64,000 nt of DNA from Armatimonadota bacterium (GTDB taxonomy: Bacteria; Armatimonadota; SYMT01): the NCBI GenBank assembly GCA_041690135.1, contig JAWLHY010000008.1, positions 1 through 64,000 on the forward strand, given 5' to 3'. Positions within the stretch are counted from its first letter, which is position 1. Every line of letters starts with the position of its first letter. The notes under the pieces are model-generated. The model was not told the DNA's origin. It did not search any database and saw only the letters and a list, made by a program, of their open reading frames with translations. This document shows, piece after piece, positions 9,977 to 18,561 of this stretch. The position numbers and the translations under genes were made by a program.

Positions 9977-10087
9977 GATCATTTACGACGCGGGCGGATG
10001 GGACCCTTGTTGACAGCCGGGCCTTGGTTCACCTTGCGCCCTTCTGGGCACGGACAGATACGCAATACGAAATACCAGGTTCTGACA

Positions 10088-11545
10088 ATGACGCACCTTG
10101 ATGATCATTTACTTGCCCTAACACGACGTGCCTTCTTCGGACGTTCAGCGGCTGGGATCGGAACGCTGGCCCTAGCATCGCTACTGGGGGAAGGCGCGCC
10201 GGCCGAGGCGGCTCCGAAGACCGACCCGCTCGCCCTTCCGGGGGCCATGAAGCGGCTTCACTGGGCGCCGAAGGCGAAGCGGATCATTTACCTGTTCCAG
10301 TCCGGCGGGCCGTCGCACATCGACCTGTTCGACCACAAGCCGAAGCTCCACGAGCGGAATGGGATCGAACTGCCCGACTCGGTGCGGATGGGTCAGCGGA
10401 TTACCGGCATGACCTCCGGACAGAAGTCGCTGCCCGTCGCCGCGCCGGTCTTCAAGTTTGCGCGCCATGGGAAGTCGGGCGCCTGGGTGAGCGAGTTGCT
10501 CCCGCACACCGCGAAGATCGTCGATGAGCTCTGCCTCATCAAGACGATGGAGACCCACGCCATCAACCACGACCCGGCGGTGACGATGATCCAGACCGGC
10601 AACCAGCAGCCAGGTCGCCCGACCCTGGGGGCGTGGATGTCTTACGGCCTGGGCAGCGTGAACCGCGACCTTCCGGGTTTCGTGGTGCTCCTCTCCGGCC
10701 AGACCGGCCAGAACCTGCACACGCGCTACTGGGAAGCCGGCTTCCTGCCCACCATCCATCAGGGCGTGCAGTTTCGTTCCAATGGCGACCCGGTGCTCTT
10801 TCTCGCCAACCCCGCGGGCATGACTCCGGGTATCCGACGGGGAGTCCTCGACGGCATCCGCGAGTTGAACCGGTTGAAACTGCGGTCCGTGGGAGACCCG
10901 GAAATCGCCACTCGCATTGAGCAGTTCGAGATGGCTTACCGGATGCAGACCTCTGTTCCGGAACTGATGGACGTCTCGAAAGAACCAGAGAGCACTTTCC
11001 AGCTCTATGGGGAGGAAGCGCGCAAGCCGGGGTCCTACGCCGCGAACTGCCTCCTGGCGCGCCGCCTGGCGGAGCGAGGCGTGCGGTTCATCCAGCTCTA
11101 TCACCGGGACTGGGACCATCACGGCAGCCTGCCCGGTGGCATCCGCAGCCAGGCGAAGCAGACGGATCAGGGCTCCGCGGCGCTGGTGATGGACCTGAAA
11201 CAGCGCGGGCTGCTGGACGACACCATCGTGATCTGGGGTGGGGAGTTCGGTCGTACGATTTACAGCCAGGGAAACCTGACGAAAGATAACTACGGCCGCG
11301 ATCATCATGGCCGCTGCTTCTCGGTCTGGGTCGCAGGCGGCGGCTTCAAAGCGGGCTACACCCATGGTGAGACGGACGACTTCTGCTACAACATCGTCCG
11401 CGACCCGGTGCATGTCCACGATTTCCACGCCACGATCCTCCACCTGATGGGAGTAGACCACACAAAGCTGGTCTACCGCTTCCAGGGCCGGGATTTCCGT
11501 CTCACCGACATTGCAGGCGAAACCATCAAAGGACTTCTCGCTTGA
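10088..11545 (+). CDS. DUF1501 family protein (Tat-exported, sulfatase-like fold)
   Basis: TRRAFFG Tat-like motif, AKRIIYLFQSGGPSHIDLFD, WGGEFGRT, GRDHH, GRDFRLTD. Confidence 0.93.
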   Translation: MTHLDDHLLALTRRAFFGRSAAGIGTLALASLLGEGAPAEAAPKTDPLALPGAMKRLHWAPKAKRIIYLFQSGGPSHIDLFDHKPKLHERNGIELPDSVRMGQRITGMTSGQKSLPVAAPVFKFARHGKSGAWVSELLPHTAKIVDELCLIKTMETHAINHDPAVTMIQTGNQQPGRPTLGAWMSYGLGSVNRDLPGFVVLLSGQTGQNLHTRYWEAGFLPTIHQGVQFRSNGDPVLFLANPAGMTPGIRRGVLDGIRELNRLKLRSVGDPEIATRIEQFEMAYRMQTSVPELMDVSKEPESTFQLYGEEARKPGSYAANCLLARRLAERGVRFIQLYHRDWDHHGSLPGGIRSQAKQTDQGSAALVMDLKQRGLLDDTIVIWGGEFGRTIYSQGNLTKDNYGRDHHGRCFSVWVAGGGFKAGYTHGETDDFCYNIVRDPVHVHDFHATILHLMGVDHTKLVYRFQGRDFRLTDIAGETIKGLLA

Positions 11546-13152
11546 TGAACGTCGAAGTCTTGATCGTTGGCGCCCGGATCGTCGATGGCTCAGGCAATCC
11601 CTGGTACTACGGCGACGTGGCCCTCTCCGGCGATAGGATCGCCGCCATCGCGCCCCCCGGCAGTCTCGACCGGTCCGAAGCTGGAGAAGTCATCGAGGCG
11701 GCGGGAAAGGTTGTCTGTCCCGGGTTCATCGACATCCAGAGCCACTCGATCGCGCCCTTCATGACCGATGGCCGCTCTCTGTCGAAAGTGACGCAGGGGG
11801 TGACCACGGAGATCATGGGCGAGCTCTGGACGCCCACCCCTTACGGCGGCCGGCGGCGCGAGCCGTTCACCTGGGCGGACCTCCCCGCGGAGATCGAGAG
11901 CCAGATGCGGGGCTGGACCCGCTTCCGGCACTGGCTGGAGTTCCTGGAGCGGCGCGGCGTCTCCGTGAACTTCGGCTCCTTCGTGGGCGGCGGGACCGTC
12001 CGGGAGTACGCCAAAGGATGGGACGCGGGTGACCCCACGCCCGAGGAACTCGAGGTGATGCGTCGCGTCACCGCCGAGGCGATGGAAGAAGGCGCCTTCG
12101 GAATCGCCACCGCGCTGATCTACCCGCCCAACTGCTACTCCCCGGACTCGGAGCTCACGGAGGTCGCGCGGGTCGTCGCGGAGTACGGCGGCATCTACGT
12201 CACGCACCTTCGCTCGGAAGGCGACCGCCTCCTGGAAGCGCTGGAAGATGCGCTGACCCTCAGCCGGGACTCCGGCGCTCCGCTGGAGATCTACCACCTC
12301 AAGGCCACGGGGAAGCCGAACTGGCCCAAGATCCCGCAGGTGATCGAACGGATCGACCAGGCGCGGGCGGAGGGGATCGACGTCACCGCGGATATGTACC
12401 CCTACGTCGCCAGCGGCACGGGGCTCACGGTGCTTCTCCCCGACTGGGCCGCGGAAGGCGGAAAACTCTGGGAGAACCTGGAAGACCCCGCCACCTGTGC
12501 CCGGATCCGCGACGAGATGACCCGCGTGGAGGCACTGTCCTCGGCCCGGAGCCCGGCCCGAGACTACGTGGTGCCGGTGAACTTCCGCCGTCCCGAGAAT
12601 CGCCCGTATATCGGCAAGAACCTGATGGAGATCGCCGCGATGCGGAACCAGGAGTGGCCGGATACGGTCATCGAGCTCCTGCTCTCCGAGCGCCACCGGA
12701 TCGGGACCGTCTTCTTCACCATCAGTGAAGAGAACCTCCGGCTCCAACTGCAGCAGCCGTGGATCAAGATCAGCACGGATGCCGGCGGGATCGATCCCCT
12801 GATTCAGGACAATCCCGTCCATCCCCGGGCCTACGGGACCTACACGCGCGTGCTGGGGAAGTACGTGCGGGAAGAGCGGGTGGTCTCGCTGGAGCACGCG
12901 GTCCGCACCATGACCTCGTCCGTCGCGGATCGGTTGGGGATCCGCGACCGGGGGCAACTGCGAAAGGGCTGGTTCGCCGACGTGGTGATCCTCGATCCCG
13001 CGACCGTCACGGATCGCTCGACCTTCACGGATCCACATCACCTCTCAGTCGGCATCGAGCAGGTATGGGTCAACGGCGAGCGGGTCGTGAACGGGGGCCA
13101 GCACACGGGTGCGCTACCCGGTCGCCCTCTGTATGGAGCGGGGATGAAGTAA
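11545..13152 (+). CDS. N-acyl-D-amino-acid deacylase (amidohydrolase family)
   Basis: IVDGSGNPW, PGFIDIQSHS, THLRSEG, HPRAYGTYTRVLG, GWFADVVILDP. Confidence 0.88.
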   Translation: MNVEVLIVGARIVDGSGNPWYYGDVALSGDRIAAIAPPGSLDRSEAGEVIEAAGKVVCPGFIDIQSHSIAPFMTDGRSLSKVTQGVTTEIMGELWTPTPYGGRRREPFTWADLPAEIESQMRGWTRFRHWLEFLERRGVSVNFGSFVGGGTVREYAKGWDAGDPTPEELEVMRRVTAEAMEEGAFGIATALIYPPNCYSPDSELTEVARVVAEYGGIYVTHLRSEGDRLLEALEDALTLSRDSGAPLEIYHLKATGKPNWPKIPQVIERIDQARAEGIDVTADMYPYVASGTGLTVLLPDWAAEGGKLWENLEDPATCARIRDEMTRVEALSSARSPARDYVVPVNFRRPENRPYIGKNLMEIAAMRNQEWPDTVIELLLSERHRIGTVFFTISEENLRLQLQQPWIKISTDAGGIDPLIQDNPVHPRAYGTYTRVLGKYVREERVVSLEHAVRTMTSSVADRLGIRDRGQLRKGWFADVVILDPATVTDRSTFTDPHHLSVGIEQVWVNGERVVNGGQHTGALPGRPLYGAGMK

Positions 13153-13200
13153 GGAACCGTCAATGAATAACCGCTCCATTGTTCCCAGCCCGTACGGGCT

Positions 13201-13278
13201 TCGCCGTGTGTAGCCGGGGCACCCACTTGTGGGTCGTCACTCGCCCAGTTGTAGCGGTTTTTGTTTGGCCGTCCCTAA
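13201..13278. repeat. GTAG-type REP-containing dispersed repeat, copy 1
   Basis: gtagccggggcacccacttgtgggtcgtc; near-identical inverted ~78-bp copy at 41214-41291. Confidence 0.85.
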
Positions 13279-13581
13279 CTACTTCTTATGCGCCCGCCGG
13301 TATAGTTTCTCTTTGACCGGCTCACCTCCCACCAGGTGCCTCTCGACAACGGTCTCCACGTCCGCCTCCTTGACGCCGGAATACCAGGTGGCGTCGGGAT
13401 AGACCAGTACTATGGGGCCGTGGGCACACTGGTCGAAACAGTCGATCTCCAGGACCTTGGTCGTGCGTTTCAGGCCCCGGTCATCCAGGGCCTCCTTCAA
13501 GGCCTTGCAGAGCTTTTTGCTGCCTCGCTTGCGGCAGTCATCGCCTGAACAGACGAGGATGTGACGGTCTGGAATAGGCAT
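13279..13581 (-). CDS. Thioredoxin-like [2Fe-2S] ferredoxin
   Basis: HILVCSGDDC...DCFDQCAHGPIVLVYPDATWY...HLVGGEPV. Confidence 0.9.
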   Translation of the reverse strand: MPIPDRHILVCSGDDCRKRGSKKLCKALKEALDDRGLKRTTKVLEIDCFDQCAHGPIVLVYPDATWYSGVKEADVETVVERHLVGGEPVKEKLYRRAHKK

Positions 13582-13825
13582 GGATGGCAGGTGTCCCAGA
13601 ACGGGCTCCCGCACGGCTCAAGGCGCTGCGCACGTGCGGGAGTGGCGGTCGGCATCTCCAGTGTAGCAACCGGACTTTGCCCCGGCAAGATATAGCGGCA
13701 AGATTTTTAGCTGAGCCTAAACCTCTAGCTTGCAGGGGCCATGCCCTGCTCAACCCACGCCCTCTATCCTCTTCGTCCCGCCATCCTTAGCCCCTATGGC
13801 AGTTCAGTTTCCTCACTACGCGGTA

Positions 13826-13930
13826 CTCTGTCGCCCTTCCAGGGCTTTCCTTGTGCGGGCGCCATGTCCGGGGGTCTGCACACCCCTGCCCACATGCGGG
13901 CGCCCGATCTCTCGCCGCCCCTCCGGGGCT
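13826..13930. repeat. CGCCCCTCCGGGGCT-type REP-like element, copy 1
   Basis: ctctgtcgcccttccagggct...gcgggcgcccgatctctcgcc...cctccggggct; diverged inverted copy at ~17019-17118. Confidence 0.65.
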
Positions 13931-14015
13931 ACCGACGGACTCCTACCGAAAACTGAACCGCGCTTCTTATCTCCCGCCTTTTTTATCCTTATCTTCCCGC
14001 CTCCTTTATCTATCT

Positions 14016-14813
14016 TCAGGCCATCGTCAGGCTTACCGGGCAGATGTCGGTATAGCCCGCGCCGGCCTCTGCCAGCCAGGGCCGAGAGTCGAATAGCACG
14101 TGGCGGCTTTCGGAGTCCGCCGCATCGGTATCCTCGCGCCGGAGGTCCTCCAGAGAATCCCGGAAATGGTCCGGAATGAAGTGACGCTCGTTGGGGCAGA
14201 GCCAGTCGTAGATATTGACCAGCGCACACAGGAGTCGCCAGTGGGGTCCGACCTGGTGGAGGAGGTGATCCCAGTCCAGGCTGCCGCGCGTGCCGCGGAT
14301 GACGTTGATGATGTCCGGCCAGTCGCAGCGCCTGAGCTGGAACACGAACAACTTCATCCAGCAGAGGTCGGCCGCACTCACGAACTGGACGGGAATGCCC
14401 ATGAACTCACCCGAAGAAGCGCGCTCAAACCAACTCCGGTCCACGTCGTCCGCCTTGTTTGCCAGGCGCCAGATCAGGTCCACGATGACGTCGTCTCGTT
14501 CCGTGCGGAAAATCCACTCCCGGTCATACGGCTCCCGCTCGAACATATCCCGCATTCCGATGGAAGTGACCGCCTCGATGGCGATCTCCCGGTGCTCCGG
14601 CAGGATCAATGCATCCAGATCCTTCGTTCCGCGCCAGAATCCGGTATAGTGAACGAGCCCGAAGGCCCCGGCCAGCAGGAACGGGACGCCTTCTTCGTGC
14701 AGGGCACGCAGGGCACGTGGGAACCAGGTCTTTTCTTGTAGCCTGAGCGCGACTTCCAACCCCCCTACCGGTTGATCATAGCCGTCTGTTTTGCTTCCCA
14801 TGGTTCGTTCCAT
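14016..14813 (-). CDS. Nucleotidyltransferase family protein
   Basis: FLLAGAFGL...RGTKDLD (G-x-DxD polymerase-beta-like motif), VDLIW, RCDWPD. Confidence 0.78.
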   Translation of the reverse strand: MERTMGSKTDGYDQPVGGLEVALRLQEKTWFPRALRALHEEGVPFLLAGAFGLVHYTGFWRGTKDLDALILPEHREIAIEAVTSIGMRDMFEREPYDREWIFRTERDDVIVDLIWRLANKADDVDRSWFERASSGEFMGIPVQFVSAADLCWMKLFVFQLRRCDWPDIINVIRGTRGSLDWDHLLHQVGPHWRLLCALVNIYDWLCPNERHFIPDHFRDSLEDLRREDTDAADSESRHVLFDSRPWLAEAGAGYTDICPVSLTMA

Positions 14814-14957
14814 TCCGAATACCAGGCTCTTATTGGGGCCCCGTTGCCCCTGGGAGGCTCGCTTTTGGATCTTGCCTCCAAACCTGTGCATGGGCTATAC
14901 CCTGAAAGTTCAGAAACCCATCATGCCGCCTACCGATAGCGGCGATAGGCTAAGGAA

Positions 14958-15797
14958 GTGGACCTGTTCAAAGCACTAGGGAGAATTGAGATCGGAGCCG
15001 GCCTCGTCCAGGTGCTGGACGTGCTGGTGGTGGCTGCCATCTTTTACAGCCTCATCATGCTCGCGCGCGGCACGCGGGCCTGGAAGATCCTGTCCGGGCT
15101 GGCCGTGTTCGGGGGCATTTACCTGCTTTCCGACCTGCTCCACTTCCGTACTTTGAACTGGCTCCTGCGGCAGATCGTTCCGCTCGCACCGGTCGCGCTG
15201 GTGATCCTCTTCTATCCGGAGCTCCGCTACGCGCTGGAAGAGGTGGGCCGGGTGCAGTTCTGGCGCAACCGGCTCTCGCTGCTGCCCAAGGAGGATGTGC
15301 AGCGCCTGGTGGGGGAGATCGTGCGGGTGGCCGGCACGCTCTCGGCCCGTCACACCGGGGCGCTCATCGTGATCGAGCGAGAGGAAGGGCTGGACGACCT
15401 GATTGCCACCGGCACGCCGCTGGATGCCGAGGTAACGAGCGAACTCCTGGCGACCCTGTTCTACCCCGGCACCGCCCTTCATGACGGGGCGGTGATCGTC
15501 CGCGGCGACCGGGTGGTGGCGGCCGGCTGCGTTCTGCCACTCACCGACCGGCCCGATATCGGCAGCGACATCCACACGCGGCATCGTGCCGCCATCGGCG
15601 TGGCCGAGCGTAGCGATGCACTGGTCGTCGTCGTTTCGGAGGAGTCCGGCACCATTTCGCTGGGGGTGGGGGGGCACCTGGTGCGAGGCTTGAAGCCGGA
15701 CGTGCTCCAGCAGCGCCTGCTGACGGAACTCCAACCCGCGGGCGGGCGCGAAAGCCGTCTCCAGGTGGGTATTCCCAGGTTCCGGCGCAGGAAGTAG
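14958..15797 (+). CDS. cdaA: Diadenylate cyclase CdaA
   Basis: Three N-terminal TM helices, FYPELR, GALIVIER, LHDGAV and HTRHRAA catalytic motifs; followed by a YbbR gene and glmM. Confidence 0.95.
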   Translation: MDLFKALGRIEIGAGLVQVLDVLVVAAIFYSLIMLARGTRAWKILSGLAVFGGIYLLSDLLHFRTLNWLLRQIVPLAPVALVILFYPELRYALEEVGRVQFWRNRLSLLPKEDVQRLVGEIVRVAGTLSARHTGALIVIEREEGLDDLIATGTPLDAEVTSELLATLFYPGTALHDGAVIVRGDRVVAAGCVLPLTDRPDIGSDIHTRHRAAIGVAERSDALVVVVSEESGTISLGVGGHLVRGLKPDVLQQRLLTELQPAGGRESRLQVGIPRFRRRK

Positions 15798-15807
15798 AAT
15801 CAGCGGG

Positions 15808-16788
15808 ATGCAGGCACTGAAACATAACTGGCACTGGAAGATCATCTCCCTGTGCCTGGCCATCATGGTGAACTTCTACGTCCGCGCCCGCCGGGAAGAC
15901 ACGCTCTTCAATGCTGTACTCCTGCCACTGAGCATCAACGCTCCCACCGGGCAGCGGATCGCCGAACCCTCAGCGGACTTCCGGGTACGCGTCGACGTGG
16001 AGGGCCCATCCGATCTCGTCCGGTCGATCATCGAGAATGATGATCTCCGCCTGAAGTTCGACGAAGCGCTGCTGCAGCCCGGCAAGCGCGTGCCGGTGCC
16101 GCTCGAAGTGGAGTATCCCGATCGTTATAAGGGTCGGCTCACGGTCGACTGGCGGCCGCGAGTGGTGCATGTTCAACTCGTATCGGATACCAAGCGCCAG
16201 TTTCCCATCGTAGTGCAGCCGCAGAACCGCCTGCCCGGCTGGGAGTTCCGGGAGATACCGAACGCCAAGCCGGAGCGAGCCACGGTGAGCGGACCCGAGC
16301 CGGCGGTGATGAAAGTAGCGACCGTCGAAGCCCCATTTACCCTGGACGAAAACCCTCGGATCGCATTGCCGGTGACACTGCGCGCGCTGGACAAGGAAGG
16401 TAACGACATTACGGACCAGGTCCGGATTCAGCCCGCGCAGGTGATGGTGACCGGCATGCAGGACCCCGTGGTCCTCCAGAAGCGTGTCCCGGTGCAGCCG
16501 GTGTTCCAGATCCCCGGCGGGATGAAGGTCCAGAGCATCGAAGTGGTGCCCTCTCACGTGCGCATCGTGGGGCCACAGCGCGTCGTCGGCTCGATCTATG
16601 TGCTCAATACCGATCCCATTCCGATCGCGGATGGCGCTACCCGGGTGGAACATGAGGCGGTGGTGGAAGCTCCGGGACAGCGCGTCGAAGCCACACCCGC
16701 CCGGGTTCAGGTGAAGATCCAGTTCCAGCCGATCGAACCGCCCCCGCCCCCGGTCCAGCCGACGCGTCCGGAAACCAATCCGCAGTAA
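15808..16788 (+). CDS. cdaR: CdaR/YbbR-domain regulator
   Basis: N-terminal WKIISLCLAI anchor, repeated V-x-GP YbbR-like beta modules, and canonical position between cdaA and glmM. Confidence 0.85.
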   Translation: MQALKHNWHWKIISLCLAIMVNFYVRARREDTLFNAVLLPLSINAPTGQRIAEPSADFRVRVDVEGPSDLVRSIIENDDLRLKFDEALLQPGKRVPVPLEVEYPDRYKGRLTVDWRPRVVHVQLVSDTKRQFPIVVQPQNRLPGWEFREIPNAKPERATVSGPEPAVMKVATVEAPFTLDENPRIALPVTLRALDKEGNDITDQVRIQPAQVMVTGMQDPVVLQKRVPVQPVFQIPGGMKVQSIEVVPSHVRIVGPQRVVGSIYVLNTDPIPIADGATRVEHEAVVEAPGQRVEATPARVQVKIQFQPIEPPPPPVQPTRPETNPQ

Positions 16789-16825
16789 CCTTCCGTTTCG
16801 TCGCGTCCTAATCCGGGATACCTCA

Positions 16826-16858
16826 AAAAGGCCATCCGCTCCGTAGGGGAGCGGATGG
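16826..16858 (-). terminator. Hairpin with an oligo-U tract on the minus strand
   Basis: ccatccgctcc/ggagcggatgg 11-bp stem preceded by AAAAA on plus. Confidence 0.5.
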
Positions 16859-17018
16859 GTAAACGGGCCTATCCGCCCGTCGATGCCTCGCCGGAAGACT
16901 GGCCTTCCTGCCTGGAAAGAGCAAAAGGATCGGGTGCACGCATACCGCCTGGAGGCAACCCCTGTTGGGTAGCGGAGGCCTATACCGGATGCTGAAGGTC
17001 CGGGTAGAGTAGCTGCCT

Positions 17019-17118
17019 GGCCGCGGAGGGGCGAGAGTGATCGGGCACCCGCGTGCGTGTGCGCTCCGCGGATTAGTAACTGAATACAGCAAAGAGCCCC
17101 GGAGGGGCGACAGAGCAC
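17019..17118. repeat. CGCCCCTCCGGGGCT-type REP-like element, copy 2 (inverted)
   Basis: Reverse complement reads ctctgtcgcccctccggggct...gcgggtgcccgatcactctcgcccctccgcggcc, matching 13826-13930. Confidence 0.65.
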
Positions 17119-17152
17119 AAAGACCCGTCTCCGGTTACGAAGCCAAACCCAG

Positions 17153-18541
17153 ATGAAAGAAGATCCCAAGTTCGGTACCGACGGGGTCCGCGGCGTCGCC
17201 AACGCGGACCTTTCTGCCTTCTTCACCTTCCGCCTGGGCCGGGTGGCGGGAAACATCGTCGCCGGACCGGATGAGCGCCGTCCGGTCCTCCTGGGTCGGG
17301 ACACGCGGCTCTCCGGCGACCTGCTCCGGTGCGCCCTCTCCTCCGGATTGCTCTCCGTTGGTGTCGACGTCGTCGACCTGGGCGTGCTGCCGACGGCGGG
17401 GGTGGCCTACCTGACCTGCCGAGAGCGGGCGGCGGCGGGCGCCATGCTTTCCGCGTCACACAACCCCGCGCCGGACAACGGCATCAAGTTCTTTGGTCCC
17501 GACGGGCGAAAGATCGCGGACGAGACGGAGACCGCCATCGAACAGGCGATCGACGATTGGGAGACGTTCGCGTCTCCCACCGGCGGGGATCTGGGACGTC
17601 TGCACTCGGGCACCGACCTGGTCGAGCAGTACGTGGATTATCTCGTTGGGTGTGCCCCCATGCGGCTCGACGGGCTCCGCGTGGTGATGGACTGCGGGCA
17701 CGGGGCGGCGTATCAACTCGGACCGCGCGTGGCCCGAGCCCTGGGAGCAGAGGTTATTCCACTCGGCTGCGAACCGGACGGCCTGAACATCAACGCCGGC
17801 TTTGGGGCCTTGCATCCGGAGCGCGCGCAGGCTGCGGTCCGCGAGCACGGGGCCGATCTTGGTGTCTCTTTCGACGGGGACGCGGACCGTGCCATCTTCT
17901 CCGACGAGCAGGGCGCTCTGGTCGATGGGGATCGGGTAATGGCGCTCTGCGCGATCGCCTGGAAGGATACAGACCGTCTTCCCGGCAACCAGGTGGTCGG
18001 CACGGTGATGAGTAACGTGGGACTAGAGCGCGGCCTGGCCGACCGGGGAATCCGGTTGCTTCGCTCGGCCGTCGGCGATCGGCACGTGGCGGACATGATG
18101 CGCGCCGAATCGGCGGCGCTCGGGGGGGAAAAGAGCGGCCACATCATCTTCTCCCGCCTCGCCACCACAGGCGACGGGATCCTGACGTTTCTTCAGGTGG
18201 CCGCGGTGCTGCTCGAGTCGGGCCGTCGCCTTTCCGAGTTGGCCGGGCAGATTCAGGAATACCCGCAACTGCTGGTGAATGTACCGGTGTGGCGGCGTCG
18301 GGGCTGGCGAGATCAGCCGGACCTCTGGCGCTCCGTGCGGGAGGCAGAGGCTCGCCTGGGCGAGCGGGGACGGATCCTGGTGCGCGCTAGCGGCACCGAG
18401 CGGATCATCCGGGTCATGGCCGAAGGGCCGGATCATGAGGAAGTCCACGAGATCGTCCACACCGTGGCCGCTGTCATCCGCGACAAGATGGGGTCTCCTC
18501 CGGAAGGGGTTTCGGCGGACGACGAGGAGGCCGACGTCTGA
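17153..18541 (+). CDS. glmM: Phosphoglucosamine mutase
   Basis: FGTDGVRG, SASHNP, FDGDADR, GGEKSGH, VRASGTE. Confidence 0.96.
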   Translation: MKEDPKFGTDGVRGVANADLSAFFTFRLGRVAGNIVAGPDERRPVLLGRDTRLSGDLLRCALSSGLLSVGVDVVDLGVLPTAGVAYLTCRERAAAGAMLSASHNPAPDNGIKFFGPDGRKIADETETAIEQAIDDWETFASPTGGDLGRLHSGTDLVEQYVDYLVGCAPMRLDGLRVVMDCGHGAAYQLGPRVARALGAEVIPLGCEPDGLNINAGFGALHPERAQAAVREHGADLGVSFDGDADRAIFSDEQGALVDGDRVMALCAIAWKDTDRLPGNQVVGTVMSNVGLERGLADRGIRLLRSAVGDRHVADMMRAESAALGGEKSGHIIFSRLATTGDGILTFLQVAAVLLESGRRLSELAGQIQEYPQLLVNVPVWRRRGWRDQPDLWRSVREAEARLGERGRILVRASGTERIIRVMAEGPDHEEVHEIVHTVAAVIRDKMGSPPEGVSADDEEADV

Positions 18542-18561
18542 CCTGATAGCACTTCACCCTG

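Noticed and set aside
16789-17152. c-di-AMP (ydaO) riboswitch or glmS ribozyme near cdaA/glmM
   Set aside because: Consensus elements not found by eye; part of the region is a REP-like repeat.
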